Source: a virus. From it: DNA of 64,000 nucleotides. Below the pieces are notes generated by a model. It did not search any database, was not told the DNA's origin, and saw only the letters and a program-made list of their open reading frames with translations. Below are positions 46,748-55,961 of the stretch, one piece after another. Location of the stretch: IMG/VR virus record IMGVR_UViG_3300042914_003164, positions 45,691 through 109,690 of that record, one strand, 5' to 3'. The position numbers were made by a program, and so were the translations under genes. The first letter of the stretch is position 1. Every line of letters starts with the position of its first letter.

Positions 46748-47488
46748 ATGCTCAACAAAAAAGACCCATACTATGGGGCTCTGCTCATAGAAGAGGCGAA
46801 GCTTCATCTTGGTACTGTTATGGCGGGCCAAGACTCGGAGCCGTTTTTTTCTGCAATGCTTCAAATTGTTGAAGATCGAATTTATCTTAAATACACAACA
46901 CTCCGAAACAAAGAAGTAGAACTCAAAGGCATCAAAGACTTTTTGCAAAGCGTTTACTATGGCCTTGGCATTAAAGACATGGAAACGTTCTTGTGCAATG
47001 TTGTCAAGTCTGCCTTAAAGGAAAGGTCAAGAAATAAATACGCCCATAGATTTATTGAATGGCTCAGGGATCAGGATCCCTCTTTTCAGTTTCCCGACTC
47101 TTACTTTGAGTTTAGGCGTGTAATGAGAATGATATATTACAACAAGCAAATGCCAAGACCGAAAAAGGGGCTTGCCTACAAAACGGCTAGATTCCTTTAC
47201 AATCAAGATCCAGAGATTCTGCAGCACATAGGCTACGGTAGAAGATACCTTACCGTTGAAAGCTGCTACTACGGAGAGGGCTACGAGGAAAAGCGCAAAA
47301 CCCTTAAGCCTATCAAGCTTTACCAAAATCCAACGCTGCACCAGCTTGAAGAAGTCGCAGAAGCGCTTTTCGGGAGGTTTGGCCATTTCAAAGCGGAGCG
47401 CCTCGCTGCTATGCTGACTGAGCGCTGCGAGCTTTCTAAGGCGCTAAAACAAAGTCAAGAGGATGAACAACTTGCAGACGGCAACTAG
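46748..47488 (+). CDS. Hypothetical protein (246 aa)
   Basis: Long ORF with phage-like codon usage; overlaps the resolvase gene. Confidence 0.7.
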   Translation: MLNKKDPYYGALLIEEAKLHLGTVMAGQDSEPFFSAMLQIVEDRIYLKYTTLRNKEVELKGIKDFLQSVYYGLGIKDMETFLCNVVKSALKERSRNKYAHRFIEWLRDQDPSFQFPDSYFEFRRVMRMIYYNKQMPRPKKGLAYKTARFLYNQDPEILQHIGYGRRYLTVESCYYGEGYEEKRKTLKPIKLYQNPTLHQLEEVAEALFGRFGHFKAERLAAMLTERCELSKALKQSQEDEQLADGN

Positions 47489-47969
47489 ATCAATCGGTGT
47501 TGACCCTGGTGTTTCCGGTGCAATAGCGATACTGGAAGGCGACAGGCTGATCCATGTATTCGATATGCCTGTTGTCGAAACAATGTCAGGAAAAAAGAAA
47601 AAGCGCAGGATCTCACCTGAAATACTGGTGGCAGAGCTTAAGCAGTATGTAGATGGTGTTAAAACAGTTTACATTGAAGATGTTCATGCAATGCCCGGTC
47701 AAGGCGTAACGTCGATGTTCTCTTTTGGTGAGGCTGCGGGGCTGGCGAGAGGCGTTATGGCTGGCCTCGGCCTTCCCGTCCAGATGGTTTCCCCTACCCA
47801 CTGGAAGCGTGGTCTTCGCCTTCCTCAGGGCAAGGATGCCTCTCGCGCTATGGCCGCCCGACTCTGGCCGCTGGAGGCCGCCCACTTTTGCCGAGTGCGT
47901 GATGATGGCCGCGCCGAGGCGGCCCTTATAGCTCTCTGGGGCATGACCAGTGCCAGGTCGGCCAGCTGA
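47463..47969 (+). CDS. RuvC-like Holliday junction resolvase
   Basis: IGVDPG.SGA, YIE.V.AMPGQGV.S.FSFG, V.P..WK, KDASR, DGRAEA.LIA. Confidence 0.9.
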   Translation: MNNLQTATRSIGVDPGVSGAIAILEGDRLIHVFDMPVVETMSGKKKKRRISPEILVAELKQYVDGVKTVYIEDVHAMPGQGVTSMFSFGEAAGLARGVMAGLGLPVQMVSPTHWKRGLRLPQGKDASRAMAARLWPLEAAHFCRVRDDGRAEAALIALWGMTSARSAS

Positions 47970-48013
47970 ACACCTGGCTGCCTGATCCGTTGCAGAAAAA
48001 TGGTCCGATCCCC

Positions 48014-48042
48014 TTGCGTTTGGGCGACCTACAGGCTATGAT
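48014..48042 (+). promoter_or_regulatory. Sigma70-type promoter
   Basis: TTGCGT-17 nt-TATGAT. Confidence 0.6.
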
Positions 48043-48068
48043 TTCTTGGTCGTCAACGATTTTCCACG

Positions 48069-48638
48069 TTGCCCCGCCCCAAAAGGACAGCCAGCGAGGC
48101 TGTCGAAACCCAACCCCCTACAACTGATACCACCGCTCAAATGACCGAAGCCACCGCCGAAAAGAAAGTGTCCGCTACCACCAGCAAGAAGGGCACCCCC
48201 GTCGAACCCGCAGAAGTTCTGCGCATTGCCTCTGAAATGGAGGGTCAGCCCGCAGACGTGGTAGCCAAGGAATGTGGCTATTACACTGAAACGACCAATA
48301 ACGCCACTGGCGAAGTTGAAGTTCGTGTAACCGCTGCTGATACCTCGGCCTTTCTTGCCGCTCTGCTGTCGGCCAAGGGTGTGAACCTGGCTCCCCCGGT
48401 TCGCGCAGCCCGTCGCTCCAACCGCTCGCCCATCGTCAAGATCGGCAAGACCGGCACCATCGTTGTTGGCGGTCGTCACGCCACCGTGGCCGGTTTTGAG
48501 TTCGGTGAAGGTGTTGACAGCCGCGTGCGTATCGAGTCCGAAAAGGGCAAGATCACCATTTTTGCCGCCACTCCTGACGAGTATGCGGCTGATGATGCCG
48601 AGCCCGCTGCTACCGAGGAAGACGACCTGGATCTCTGA
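48069..48638 (+). CDS. Cyanobacterial AbrB-like (cyAbrB) transcription regulator (ATG alternative at 48141)
   Basis: AKECGYY.....RV....F..ALL.AKG..L followed by V.I..TG.IVVG......GF..G...I....KITI resembles cyAbrB. Confidence 0.7.
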   Translation: MPRPKRTASEAVETQPPTTDTTAQMTEATAEKKVSATTSKKGTPVEPAEVLRIASEMEGQPADVVAKECGYYTETTNNATGEVEVRVTAADTSAFLAALLSAKGVNLAPPVRAARRSNRSPIVKIGKTGTIVVGGRHATVAGFEFGEGVDSRVRIESEKGKITIFAATPDEYAADDAEPAATEEDDLDL

Positions 48639-48660
48639 TCCATTCCTGCATCCAGCAAAC

Positions 48661-48690
48661 AAAAGCGCCCTGGGAAACCGGGGCTTTTTT
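48661..48690 (+). terminator. Rho-independent terminator
   Basis: GCCCTGG-GAAA-CCGGGGC followed by T6. Confidence 0.8.
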
Positions 48691-48698
48691 ATTTACCA

Positions 48699-49121
48699 AT
48701 GTCACACATTCAACAGGCCAAAGAGTTTCGCATTGTTTTCGGCCATCCAAATGTTCCGGGCAGGGAAAAACGATTTCCTGTGGACTTGGAAGAGAAGCTA
48801 AGGATGCAACTCTCGCTCGTCAAAGAGGAGGGTGACGAGTTCAACGAAGCGCTTGAGGAGTGGCTTTCGATTTCAAAGTTCTCTACCGAAGATGCTGCCG
48901 CGTTTGCCAAGAAACACGTTCTCAAGGAGCTTGCTGACCTGACATACGTTTGCTACCAGATGGCAGCCTTTCTCAGTGTTGATCTTGATGTTGCGCTGGA
49001 TCGTGTACATCAGTCAAATATGAGCAAGCTTGGCGAAGACGGCAAACCGATTTACAGGGCAGATGGCAAAGTGTTGAAAGGTCCTTTTTACAAAAAGCCG
49101 CATCTTGGGGATCTTATTTAG
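48699..49121 (+). CDS. MazG-like NTP pyrophosphohydrolase (PRA-PH/DR2231-like, possible dUTPase)
   Basis: L..EE..EF.EA, LKELADL.YV, RVH.SNMSK...DGKP..R.DGKVLKG. Confidence 0.85.
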   Translation: MSHIQQAKEFRIVFGHPNVPGREKRFPVDLEEKLRMQLSLVKEEGDEFNEALEEWLSISKFSTEDAAAFAKKHVLKELADLTYVCYQMAAFLSVDLDVALDRVHQSNMSKLGEDGKPIYRADGKVLKGPFYKKPHLGDLI

Positions 49122-49405
49122 GCTTGCTGGGCTGAGGGTTGCGCCTCAGCTTTGAACTCCCTTCCCTCTAGCCCAGTTTTTTCCATTTGGACCTTCCTTA
49201 CTTTTATCAAGAAAGCTGCACTGTCGGCCATTTCCAGCTCCTTCGTTATCTCAGCGATGCACTCTTTGTCAATGCTTGCCGCTGTTACGCCAAGAAGGTC
49301 AAGCAACTCCTTGAGGCACTTGGCACACACAGCCGCCGATTTTACGGCTTTTCTGTGAGCTTCGGAAATTGCCTGACTCTCTGCTTGACTGAGTGGTAGT
49401 TTCAT
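49118..49405 (-). CDS. Hypothetical protein
   Basis: ATG at 49405; convergent overlap with the MazG-like stop. Confidence 0.5.
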   Translation of the reverse strand: MKLPLSQAESQAISEAHRKAVKSAAVCAKCLKELLDLLGVTAASIDKECIAEITKELEMADSAAFLIKVRKVQMEKTGLEGREFKAEAQPSAQQA

Positions 49406-49595
49406 TGGCTTTCTGGATGGTGATCTGGGTCCAGTCTGGGTACTGCTTCTCAAGGTGCCTGAGCGCAGCCGCATTCCCCCCGACCCACCCATGTAGGGCG
49501 CCAATGACCGGGATGGCTGAATCCCGAGTAACTAGGAATCGGTAGGAGACTGGTTCCATCCGACTACTATATCGACTAAGCTCAATTTTCGCAAC

Positions 49596-50090
49596 ATGGC
49601 GAGGACGGTCAAGGGGAAAACCAGATTTCCGTTCAAGATCACCCTTGTCCCCGTTGATCGGCCACAGCCGAAGCCGCCCTGGATCGGCACGCATCAGTGG
49701 AAACATCGAGCAATCTATAACATCAAGATGAAGCTTTCGATTCAGGTTGAAAAGGCATCAAATCGAGCTGGCTGGTGTTGGTATAAATTTTATTCCGTGC
49801 GAGGGTATGGCGCTCCTGGCAGGCTTGAGTTTTTATGTCCGTATTCCGGCATGGTCGCAAAAACTATCTATCAAGAGGAGGCTGCTTCTTTCAGGAGGTA
49901 CTGGTCAAACTGCGCAAAAAAGTCCCAAGAAATACTTGATTGGCTAGAAACTATTGACCCGTCAACTTACACAGTTCAGCTGAACGTTTTTCTTCTTAGG
50001 GCGATTGTTGTTACCTATGGAATTAGAGAAATAAAAAATTACGAGCAAAGCAATCCATTTCAGAGAGCAAAGCCATGGCAAGAGCTGTAA
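49596..50090 (+). CDS. Hypothetical protein
   Basis: 164-aa basic ORF. Confidence 0.6.
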   Translation: MARTVKGKTRFPFKITLVPVDRPQPKPPWIGTHQWKHRAIYNIKMKLSIQVEKASNRAGWCWYKFYSVRGYGAPGRLEFLCPYSGMVAKTIYQEEAASFRRYWSNCAKKSQEILDWLETIDPSTYTVQLNVFLLRAIVVTYGIREIKNYEQSNPFQRAKPWQEL

Positions 50091-50614
50091 AGTATCACGA
50101 AAAAAAAACAAAAGGCGGCTGGCCAATGTTTACCAGTTCGCAAACTGATAACAGGTTTGCTCTCTGCAAAAAAGCTTTATGCCCAGACAGGAGTTTGCTT
50201 GTCAGATTCAAAGATTGCTATCAATCTGAAGAGCATATTCAAGAATTTTGCAGACTGAAATTCCTGTCAGAAGAATACTTTGAGTACAATGTTCGGGACC
50301 TTAAGCTACTGCCTTGGGGTGGAAGCTACAAAGTCTATAAGTTTGCCCTTGAGGGTGCATTCTATCCCTTTGTAAGGTGTGTTCAAAAAACTAGGCCACT
50401 TGATACTGGGATTATCTGGATTGGCACCAAACACGAGTATCCAAGGATCTGGGTTGACAATAGTGTTGCCAACTGGCTTTGTCCGTACTCTCGTGGCGGC
50501 CATGTAATGACTGAGCCGTTTGAACCTCTCTACAAAGTTCTTGACAATTGGGCCAGGCTTTCTGATCGGCGTTTTTTCCCGTTCCTCAACCTGCCCCCCG
50601 TCCCAGGCCTATAA
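50075..50614 (+). CDS. Hypothetical protein
   Basis: 179-aa ORF overlapping the previous gene. Confidence 0.6.
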   Translation: MARAVKYHEKKTKGGWPMFTSSQTDNRFALCKKALCPDRSLLVRFKDCYQSEEHIQEFCRLKFLSEEYFEYNVRDLKLLPWGGSYKVYKFALEGAFYPFVRCVQKTRPLDTGIIWIGTKHEYPRIWVDNSVANWLCPYSRGGHVMTEPFEPLYKVLDNWARLSDRRFFPFLNLPPVPGL

Positions 50615-50632
50615 AACGGATTTCCCTCATAA

Positions 50633-51193
50633 ATGGCGCTGGACTCGCCATGTGGTGATTTCTCTGGTAGTATGGGGAGGTCTTTCAAGGACGCCATGGA
50701 TCAAGAAAAACCGCAGGGCAAAATTTTCTGCCGCCATGAGCTGGCGAGAACTACTCCAGTCCCTAAGACGCTTCACGAGCGGATGATGCTCGAAGCGGAG
50801 CCGATCATTCAGCACAACTGGACTGATGTTGCGATTCACGACAAAAACAGACTCAAGCGTGTCAAAAACAACCACGTCATGATGTGGATGGTGAACGAAA
50901 CGGGTTCCTATTTGAGCCCTATGTATTGCAACATCTTGGACAAGAAAAACTGGACATCAAGCCCGATGGCCGCTCTTGCCCCTGTTCAGATTTTCATGAA
51001 CAAATTGCAACATCAAATGTTTGCAGTTGGGGCAAAAGCGGCTGAGCAGTACAAGCCCCGTTGCTACCTCGTCATCAAAAAAGATGACACTGACGGAGGT
51101 GAGATCATCTCAGTCAACTTTGAAGAGTTTGCGTCTTTTTGCACTATTGGCCTATTTCAATGGACACTCAGGGGGTTCCAACCATGCAAGTAA
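50633..51193 (+). CDS. Hypothetical protein (start uncertain)
   Basis: 186-aa ORF; ..TDV..HDK..L pattern. Confidence 0.6.
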   Translation: MALDSPCGDFSGSMGRSFKDAMDQEKPQGKIFCRHELARTTPVPKTLHERMMLEAEPIIQHNWTDVAIHDKNRLKRVKNNHVMMWMVNETGSYLSPMYCNILDKKNWTSSPMAALAPVQIFMNKLQHQMFAVGAKAAEQYKPRCYLVIKKDDTDGGEIISVNFEEFASFCTIGLFQWTLRGFQPCK

Positions 51194-51537
51194 CTGATCT
51201 TCACCCAGCTGAAATCGCTGAATGTATTGCCTGCGTTTGCAGTGTGTATGCAAAAGAACATGCCAGGATTGAGCGGTGCAAGAGACTGGGCCTGCTGCTG
51301 AGGTTTTTGCGAATCCCAGCCTATAAAGGGTTTTTTGACGCTGCCAGCAAGGGCTATGCAGATCAGGCCATTAGACGGGATTTGATTACGCACATGCTCA
51401 ATGCCTATCAAGTCGGAGACAACGAAACATTCTTTTACCTTGAGCACTATTTTGCGCCAGGGTCGCCAATCCTGAAATTAAAGTCTGGTTGGATGGCAAA
51501 CCTCCAGAAAACCACCAAATTCACGCCAGCACAATGA
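51184..51537 (+). CDS. Hypothetical protein
   Basis: ATG start overlapping the previous gene. Confidence 0.6.
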   Translation: MQVTDLHPAEIAECIACVCSVYAKEHARIERCKRLGLLLRFLRIPAYKGFFDAASKGYADQAIRRDLITHMLNAYQVGDNETFFYLEHYFAPGSPILKLKSGWMANLQKTTKFTPAQ

Positions 51538-51821
51538 AACCACTTTCTCTTTTTGCTTCATCCTGCCTCCTTGGTTTACTGTTTCAGCCATTGTCAGCAA
51601 AAACCTCTCAATTGATTCCAGCGGTGTTTGCCCCTGCTTTTTGCGCGTCAATGGAAGCTGGCAATAGCAACGACGAGTCAATTCGCTTTGCCGTGAGAAT
51701 GTCTATTGACACAACAAAGCCACCGGCCTTCAAAGTTGGTGACACGTCACTTGATGTTCGCGCTTCTGTGTATGAAGCTCAGCGGCAATGCCCCAAATAC
51801 TTTGAAAAGGGGTGGCAATGA
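51534..51821 (+). CDS. Small secreted protein with a Cys pair
   Basis: Signal-peptide-like N-terminus; FC...G ... CP. Confidence 0.6.
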   Translation: MKPLSLFASSCLLGLLFQPLSAKTSQLIPAVFAPAFCASMEAGNSNDESIRFAVRMSIDTTKPPAFKVGDTSLDVRASVYEAQRQCPKYFEKGWQ

Positions 51822-51997
51822 AATTCCCTCCTGCATGGCAGCAAAACTGTGGCAATTGCTACTACAAGCGCTCTGCCACTGAAGGGGCGAATAGTGTCAG
51901 CTTGTGCTGTCGCTACGCCCCAAGGCCGGGAGACCTGTATCCAGTTCACACTCCGGCTATCAACTGGTGCGGCGAATGGGCTCCAGCCAACCAGTAG
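51812..51997 (+). CDS. Small Cys-rich protein
   Basis: CGNC..CCRYAP...WCGEW. Confidence 0.6.
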   Translation: MAMKFPPAWQQNCGNCYYKRSATEGANSVSLCCRYAPRPGDLYPVHTPAINWCGEWAPANQ

Positions 51998-52016
51998 ACA
52001 AATTTCTGGCCAGCCC

Positions 52017-52046
52017 TTGACAAGCAAGCCAACCCACCCTTAAAAT
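52017..52046 (+). promoter_or_regulatory. Sigma70-type early promoter
   Basis: TTGACA-18 nt-TAAAAT. Confidence 0.65.
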
Positions 52047-52086
52047 CAAAAAAGCTACAAACCGTTCATCTCGTTACCCCCGCACG

Positions 52087-52260
52087 ATGGCACCCCGAAA
52101 ATTTCCGCTTGTTGACAATATGCAAGCGTATGGCGGCAACTTTGTCAGCAAGCTGGCAGAAGCTATGGTCGCGGCTGATCCCGTCAACTTTGACAGGCTG
52201 TGCGCCGCTTTCCCTGAAGTTGTCGAAAAGTACACAACTGTCGGAGGCCATGACAAGTGA
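52087..52260 (+). CDS. Small hypothetical protein (57 aa), not in the ORF track
   Basis: M..YGGNFV..LA.A...AD..N..RL..AFP.....Y; GTGA overlap with the next gene. Confidence 0.7.
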   Translation: MAPRKFPLVDNMQAYGGNFVSKLAEAMVAADPVNFDRLCAAFPEVVEKYTTVGGHDK

Positions 52261-52718
52261 GCGCTAATCCCTCTAGCCCAGTTTTTACATCTGCCAGTGA
52301 AGTCCTTGCAGCTTGCAAGACCGTTGGTTACGAAACTCGTAATGACACGAGTGGCCTTGGCGAGAAGCGTTTTTACGTTTGGCTTCCTGATGGCGATAGC
52401 GAGGCGGCTGCCACCTTCTGGAGTGAGCAGCAGTTTGTGAACTGGGGCAATGCCCATTTCGCCAGGCTTGCTGTCGAGGCTGAGCGCAGGGCTGCCGGAT
52501 GGGAGCTGCTGGACGCCGAGGAGGCCCCGAGTGGCCTCTGGGGCTGGCATTCCCCTTGCGGAACCCATGAGGACGCCTGGCGTGCCTCTGGGCGTCCCAT
52601 GCCAGAGGATCGAGTGGCTGGCCAGCCCGTTAACACCCCCGCGCCAGCTCGACAGTCATCAAGGAGTCGCACTGATGATTCTGGATGGCTGAGCATGGTA
52701 TCTGCCGCAATGTTTTAA
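52257..52718 (+). CDS. Hypothetical protein
   Basis: 153-aa ORF. Confidence 0.6.
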   Translation: MSANPSSPVFTSASEVLAACKTVGYETRNDTSGLGEKRFYVWLPDGDSEAAATFWSEQQFVNWGNAHFARLAVEAERRAAGWELLDAEEAPSGLWGWHSPCGTHEDAWRASGRPMPEDRVAGQPVNTPAPARQSSRSRTDDSGWLSMVSAAMF

Positions 52719-52764
52719 GTTTATAGATTTGCTGTGCCAACAAAAACACTAATCCAGTAAAGCC

Positions 52765-53088
52765 ATGGCCGCCACCAACTACACCAAGCCAGCTGACAGC
52801 GACTACCAACTGGTTCGCATCAAAGGCAAGCAAGCCGAGATTCTCGACCCCGAAACACTTGGCAAGATTCTGTCCATCCTGGAGCTTCACGAGTGCGACG
52901 AAGGGCAAACCGATCGCCCACTCTGGGATGCGCTTTATCGCTCTCAGCCTTTTCACTCGGCGCTAACCGATCCAACCGGAGAGTATTGGCGGATCGGGCG
53001 ATTCTTTGCCCACGCAGCCTACGAAATTCCACGCATGTTCCTGTGGGCAGTGAAGCAAGGGCATGTCCCCCCAGCCCCTCCCGCCTAA
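52765..53088 (+). CDS. Hypothetical protein
   Basis: 107-aa ORF ending in the 27-bp repeat. Confidence 0.6.
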   Translation: MAATNYTKPADSDYQLVRIKGKQAEILDPETLGKILSILELHECDEGQTDRPLWDALYRSQPFHSALTDPTGEYWRIGRFFAHAAYEIPRMFLWAVKQGHVPPAPPA

Positions 53089-53418
53089 CCCCACGGCCCG
53101 CCGGAGCCTATCCGGCACCCATCCCACTAAACTCAAACCAATGGACACTCCCAGAAAGATGCAATCCGAAACTGACACAGGCTGGTGGACATTAGAAAAT
53201 AACCTAGCGGTCTACAAACATTGGCACGGTAAGACTGACCGTTACGACCGACCCAGCCTGGAAGTGGCCATCCAAAACGTAAAAAACAATCGAAACGCCT
53301 ACGCAACTTATGAAGCATATCAACGCGATTGGTTTCATTTTGAGCGCGGCCTATGCCTTTTTAAGGCCGCCGAAGCTGCGCATCAAGCCGTCTAACCCCA
53401 CGGCCCGCCGGAGCCTAT
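53085..53418 (+). repeat. Perfect 27-bp direct repeat (53085-53111, 53392-53418) flanking one gene
   Basis: CTAACCCCACGGCCCGCCGGAGCCTAT occurs twice; each copy contains the upstream gene's TAA. Confidence 0.95.
53141..53395 (+). CDS. Hypothetical protein (cassette between 27-bp repeats)
   Basis: ATG at 53141, 84 aa. Confidence 0.65.
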   Translation: MDTPRKMQSETDTGWWTLENNLAVYKHWHGKTDRYDRPSLEVAIQNVKNNRNAYATYEAYQRDWFHFERGLCLFKAAEAAHQAV

Positions 53419-53419
53419 A

Positions 53420-53590
53420 GTGTTCTTCGCCTATCCACAGTTCAACGATAGTGTTTGTGTTGGCGACCGCATTGCCCTGGGTTGGCCTTGGGGATGGCGG
53501 GTCGCAACTGTCGTCTCAAAAGCAGAAACAGGCTTCGGTCGTCCCCTTTGGGTCTTTGATCCATCTACTGCAGTGCATTACACACCATGA
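53420..53590 (+). pseudogene. Probable 5'-truncated gene remnant (VFFAYPQF...)
   Basis: 56-codon open frame starting immediately after the truncated second repeat, ATGA-coupled to the next gene. Confidence 0.45.
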
Positions 53591-53874
53591 CTAGCACATT
53601 TCCTAAATACGATGATCTCGACAGCGCTATTTGCAGCTTTTTGGCAACCAGAGACGGACACCCGACCAACAACTCAGCTTTGCTTGACCTAGCTCGTCAG
53701 GCCATGCCCGGCTGTCCTACATGGCGCTTGATTGACAGGCGCATGATTGCTATGCGCAAGGCTGGACGTATTAAGTTTGTCGGTAACGGCAAAAACAACC
53801 CATCAGGCAAGACACATGGTTGGGTCGTCTGCGCCCCATGTATCACAGCTCAGGAGAAGTTGCGCGATGACTGA
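53587..53874 (+). CDS. Hypothetical protein (possible winged helix)
   Basis: WR.IDRR...MRKAGRI.F pattern. Confidence 0.6.
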   Translation: MTSTFPKYDDLDSAICSFLATRDGHPTNNSALLDLARQAMPGCPTWRLIDRRMIAMRKAGRIKFVGNGKNNPSGKTHGWVVCAPCITAQEKLRDD

Positions 53875-54160
53875 AGCAATCTGGGAGACAAAGGACGGCA
53901 CAAAAATCCCCATCTCACGCATGTCCGATCTTCACCTCCTTAACACAGAACAGTTCCTAAAGCGCAAGTTTCGCCAGCTTCAGGATGTGTGTCCACCCGA
54001 TTTCCAAGGTGAAATGGCTCAAATGATCGCTGATGATCAATGGAATTCAATGCAAGAAGCCGACATAGAAGATGTATTCCCCAGCTATGCTGACATCTGT
54101 GCCGAAATTCAAAAGCGCGGTCTCGTGACTTTTGAGCAGTTTGCAGCACAGCAATCATAA
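53867..54160 (+). CDS. Hypothetical protein
   Basis: W.TKDG..I.I..MSD.HL.N...L phage motif. Confidence 0.65.
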   Translation: MTEAIWETKDGTKIPISRMSDLHLLNTEQFLKRKFRQLQDVCPPDFQGEMAQMIADDQWNSMQEADIEDVFPSYADICAEIQKRGLVTFEQFAAQQS

Positions 54161-54162
54161 AT

Positions 54163-54573
54163 ATGGTTGATGCGCTTAGTTCGCTGTGCGCTTATGACTC
54201 AAGACACCCAGACTATGAATTATTCTTTGGACGTGAATATCCCAAACCAAGTCCAAGCCCAGGTTGCTCCTGCGACAACTGCTTTTATGGTCGCACGGAG
54301 CTGGCTAATGAAATCATCAGGCTCCGCACTCTTATGAATAACGAACACTACGAATGGGAGCTGCAAGACGCCAGGGGTGAATGGGTTGCCGGCGGATCAG
54401 CCGACGACCAAGACGCAGCACAGCAGGAGGGTTTCCGCTATCTAACTGTTTACTCACAGGATGGGCCACACAAGCTAACTATCCGCAGGCATCAGGTCCA
54501 CACCATTATGGAAATGCAGACTAACCCTACAAGTGACCACCCCCTCCGTGAAAACAATGACACAACAAACTAA
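54163..54573 (+). CDS. Hypothetical protein (likely two-module fusion)
   Basis: LC.YD.R.P...C.CDNCFYGRT.LA module plus YEWELQD..GEWVAGGSA module. Confidence 0.6.
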   Translation: MVDALSSLCAYDSRHPDYELFFGREYPKPSPSPGCSCDNCFYGRTELANEIIRLRTLMNNEHYEWELQDARGEWVAGGSADDQDAAQQEGFRYLTVYSQDGPHKLTIRRHQVHTIMEMQTNPTSDHPLRENNDTTN

Positions 54574-54790
54574 CTTGCAAGCATTATGCGCTGAACAGCT
54601 CCCCGAGCTGCGCGGCATGTTTGAACGCATTCTTTGCGTAGCTCGATCATCCGATGGGCCGACAGTTGGACATATACAACTCGCTGACCAGTTAATTGAT
54701 GCTGTGGTGAGTTGGTCTGAGAATTCTCCGGCCCAGCCCGAGCCGGAGGGAGTCGAGCTACCAGACCACTCTCAATGGACGCAGCCATGA
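54557..54790 (+). CDS. Modular hypothetical protein
   Basis: ALCAE... and AQPEPEG module. Confidence 0.55.
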   Translation: MTQQTNLQALCAEQLPELRGMFERILCVARSSDGPTVGHIQLADQLIDAVVSWSENSPAQPEPEGVELPDHSQWTQP

Positions 54791-54876
54791 TGGTCAACAT
54801 CGACGTGGACAGCATTGTTTCAACTATCGCCATAACGATAATTATGGTGGCCTATCTTCGGAGGTTTTCACGATGA
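54787..54876 (+). CDS. 29-aa single-TM peptide, not in the ORF track
   Basis: ATGA overlaps at both ends; IVSTIAITIIMVAYLRR. Confidence 0.45.
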   Translation: MMVNIDVDSIVSTIAITIIMVAYLRRFSR

Positions 54877-55673
54877 CTACGCAACCGACAAACCGCAACC
54901 CCTTCAGCGACTGGAGGCCAGCAGCGGGAACTAGGCGCGATTGCGGAGAGCTTGAGCTAACTATCCCAATCGACCGGGATAGCTACTTTACCATCACCGC
55001 AGACCCCGATACGGCTGCCATGGTTCCTGTGGTACTGAGACAACTCCTGGCCCAGCCCAAGCCGGAGGGGGATGGGCTGTTTCATTGGCGGAACCTTGGC
55101 GACGGAAAGCCCGTTCAAGTTCGGGAGTGCCCTATGTGCGGTATCGCCCCGGCAAACGTGGACGATTGCGGTCGATTCGGTGATCCAGCCTGCCCCTATT
55201 TCGGTGTTGGCGAACCCGAGCCGGAGGAGGTAAAGGAGTTGGTGGATTGGTTAAACGCAAGCGCCCGTGAATGGGCGGACCTTGGCGAATACGACGAAGG
55301 TAGCAAGTGCCACCGCTCCGCTGACATCCTCACCCGCTTCGCCCGCCCCACCATCAAGCCGGTGCCGGTGAGCGAACCGCCTTGGGAGCGCGAGGGGTGG
55401 TGTGATGCGGATATGACCAATCAACACCCAATCACTCCATCCTCAGAGCTGATCAAGATGGTTTCACTAGAAGCACAGGCTGCGTTTCCAGGTGACGAAG
55501 GTGGAGGTGTTGAGACTGACAAAGCCCGCGAAGAATACATCGCCATCTTCTTTTCCCGATGGGGTGCAGATCAAGAGCTAAGGGCGTGCGTAGAAAAGGT
55601 CAGATTGATGGAGGGCAATAGTATTGCTGAGGAGCTTTTTGAAGCTCGCCGCCCGAACCACGCTACCCCGTAG
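54873..55673 (+). CDS. Modular hypothetical protein
   Basis: AQPKPEG, CxxC insert, EPEPEEV.ELV.WL, RPTIKPVPVSE.PWEREGWCD, MTNQHPITP, RWGADQEL modules. Confidence 0.65.
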   Translation: MTTQPTNRNPFSDWRPAAGTRRDCGELELTIPIDRDSYFTITADPDTAAMVPVVLRQLLAQPKPEGDGLFHWRNLGDGKPVQVRECPMCGIAPANVDDCGRFGDPACPYFGVGEPEPEEVKELVDWLNASAREWADLGEYDEGSKCHRSADILTRFARPTIKPVPVSEPPWEREGWCDADMTNQHPITPSSELIKMVSLEAQAAFPGDEGGGVETDKAREEYIAIFFSRWGADQELRACVEKVRLMEGNSIAEELFEARRPNHATP

Positions 55674-55959
55674 ACACTCGCACTACCACAGGGAACCGCC
55701 ATGGCCATCACCATTCATCTCCAAGTCGGAGAGTCCATCCACCAAGCGCTGGCCAGGTGTGTCCGCGAAAATTACTCTGGGGGAGATGGCAAGACTATCG
55801 TTATTCCACCTGGGGTAAGCATTGTTGGCTCCAGCATTAGGCAGACGCGCATCATTGAGCGCAGAACCACCGGCATCCCATTTCTTTATGGAGATTTTTT
55901 ATGGCTAAAGCGCTTAGCCGAGCTTAAGCAGATCACCCTCTGAACACTCGCACTACCAC
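55674..55959 (+). repeat. Perfect 16-bp direct repeat (55674-55689, 55944-55959) flanking one gene
   Basis: ACACTCGCACTACCAC immediately after two consecutive stop codons. Confidence 0.9.
55701..55943 (+). CDS. Hypothetical protein (cassette between 16-bp repeats)
   Basis: 80-aa ORF. Confidence 0.55.
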   Translation: MAITIHLQVGESIHQALARCVRENYSGGDGKTIVIPPGVSIVGSSIRQTRIIERRTTGIPFLYGDFLWLKRLAELKQITL

Positions 55960-55961
55960 TC

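Noticed and set aside
53085-53418. 27-bp repeats as a mini-CRISPR or att sites
   Set aside because: Only two copies, 307 bp apart around a gene; no integrase in the window.
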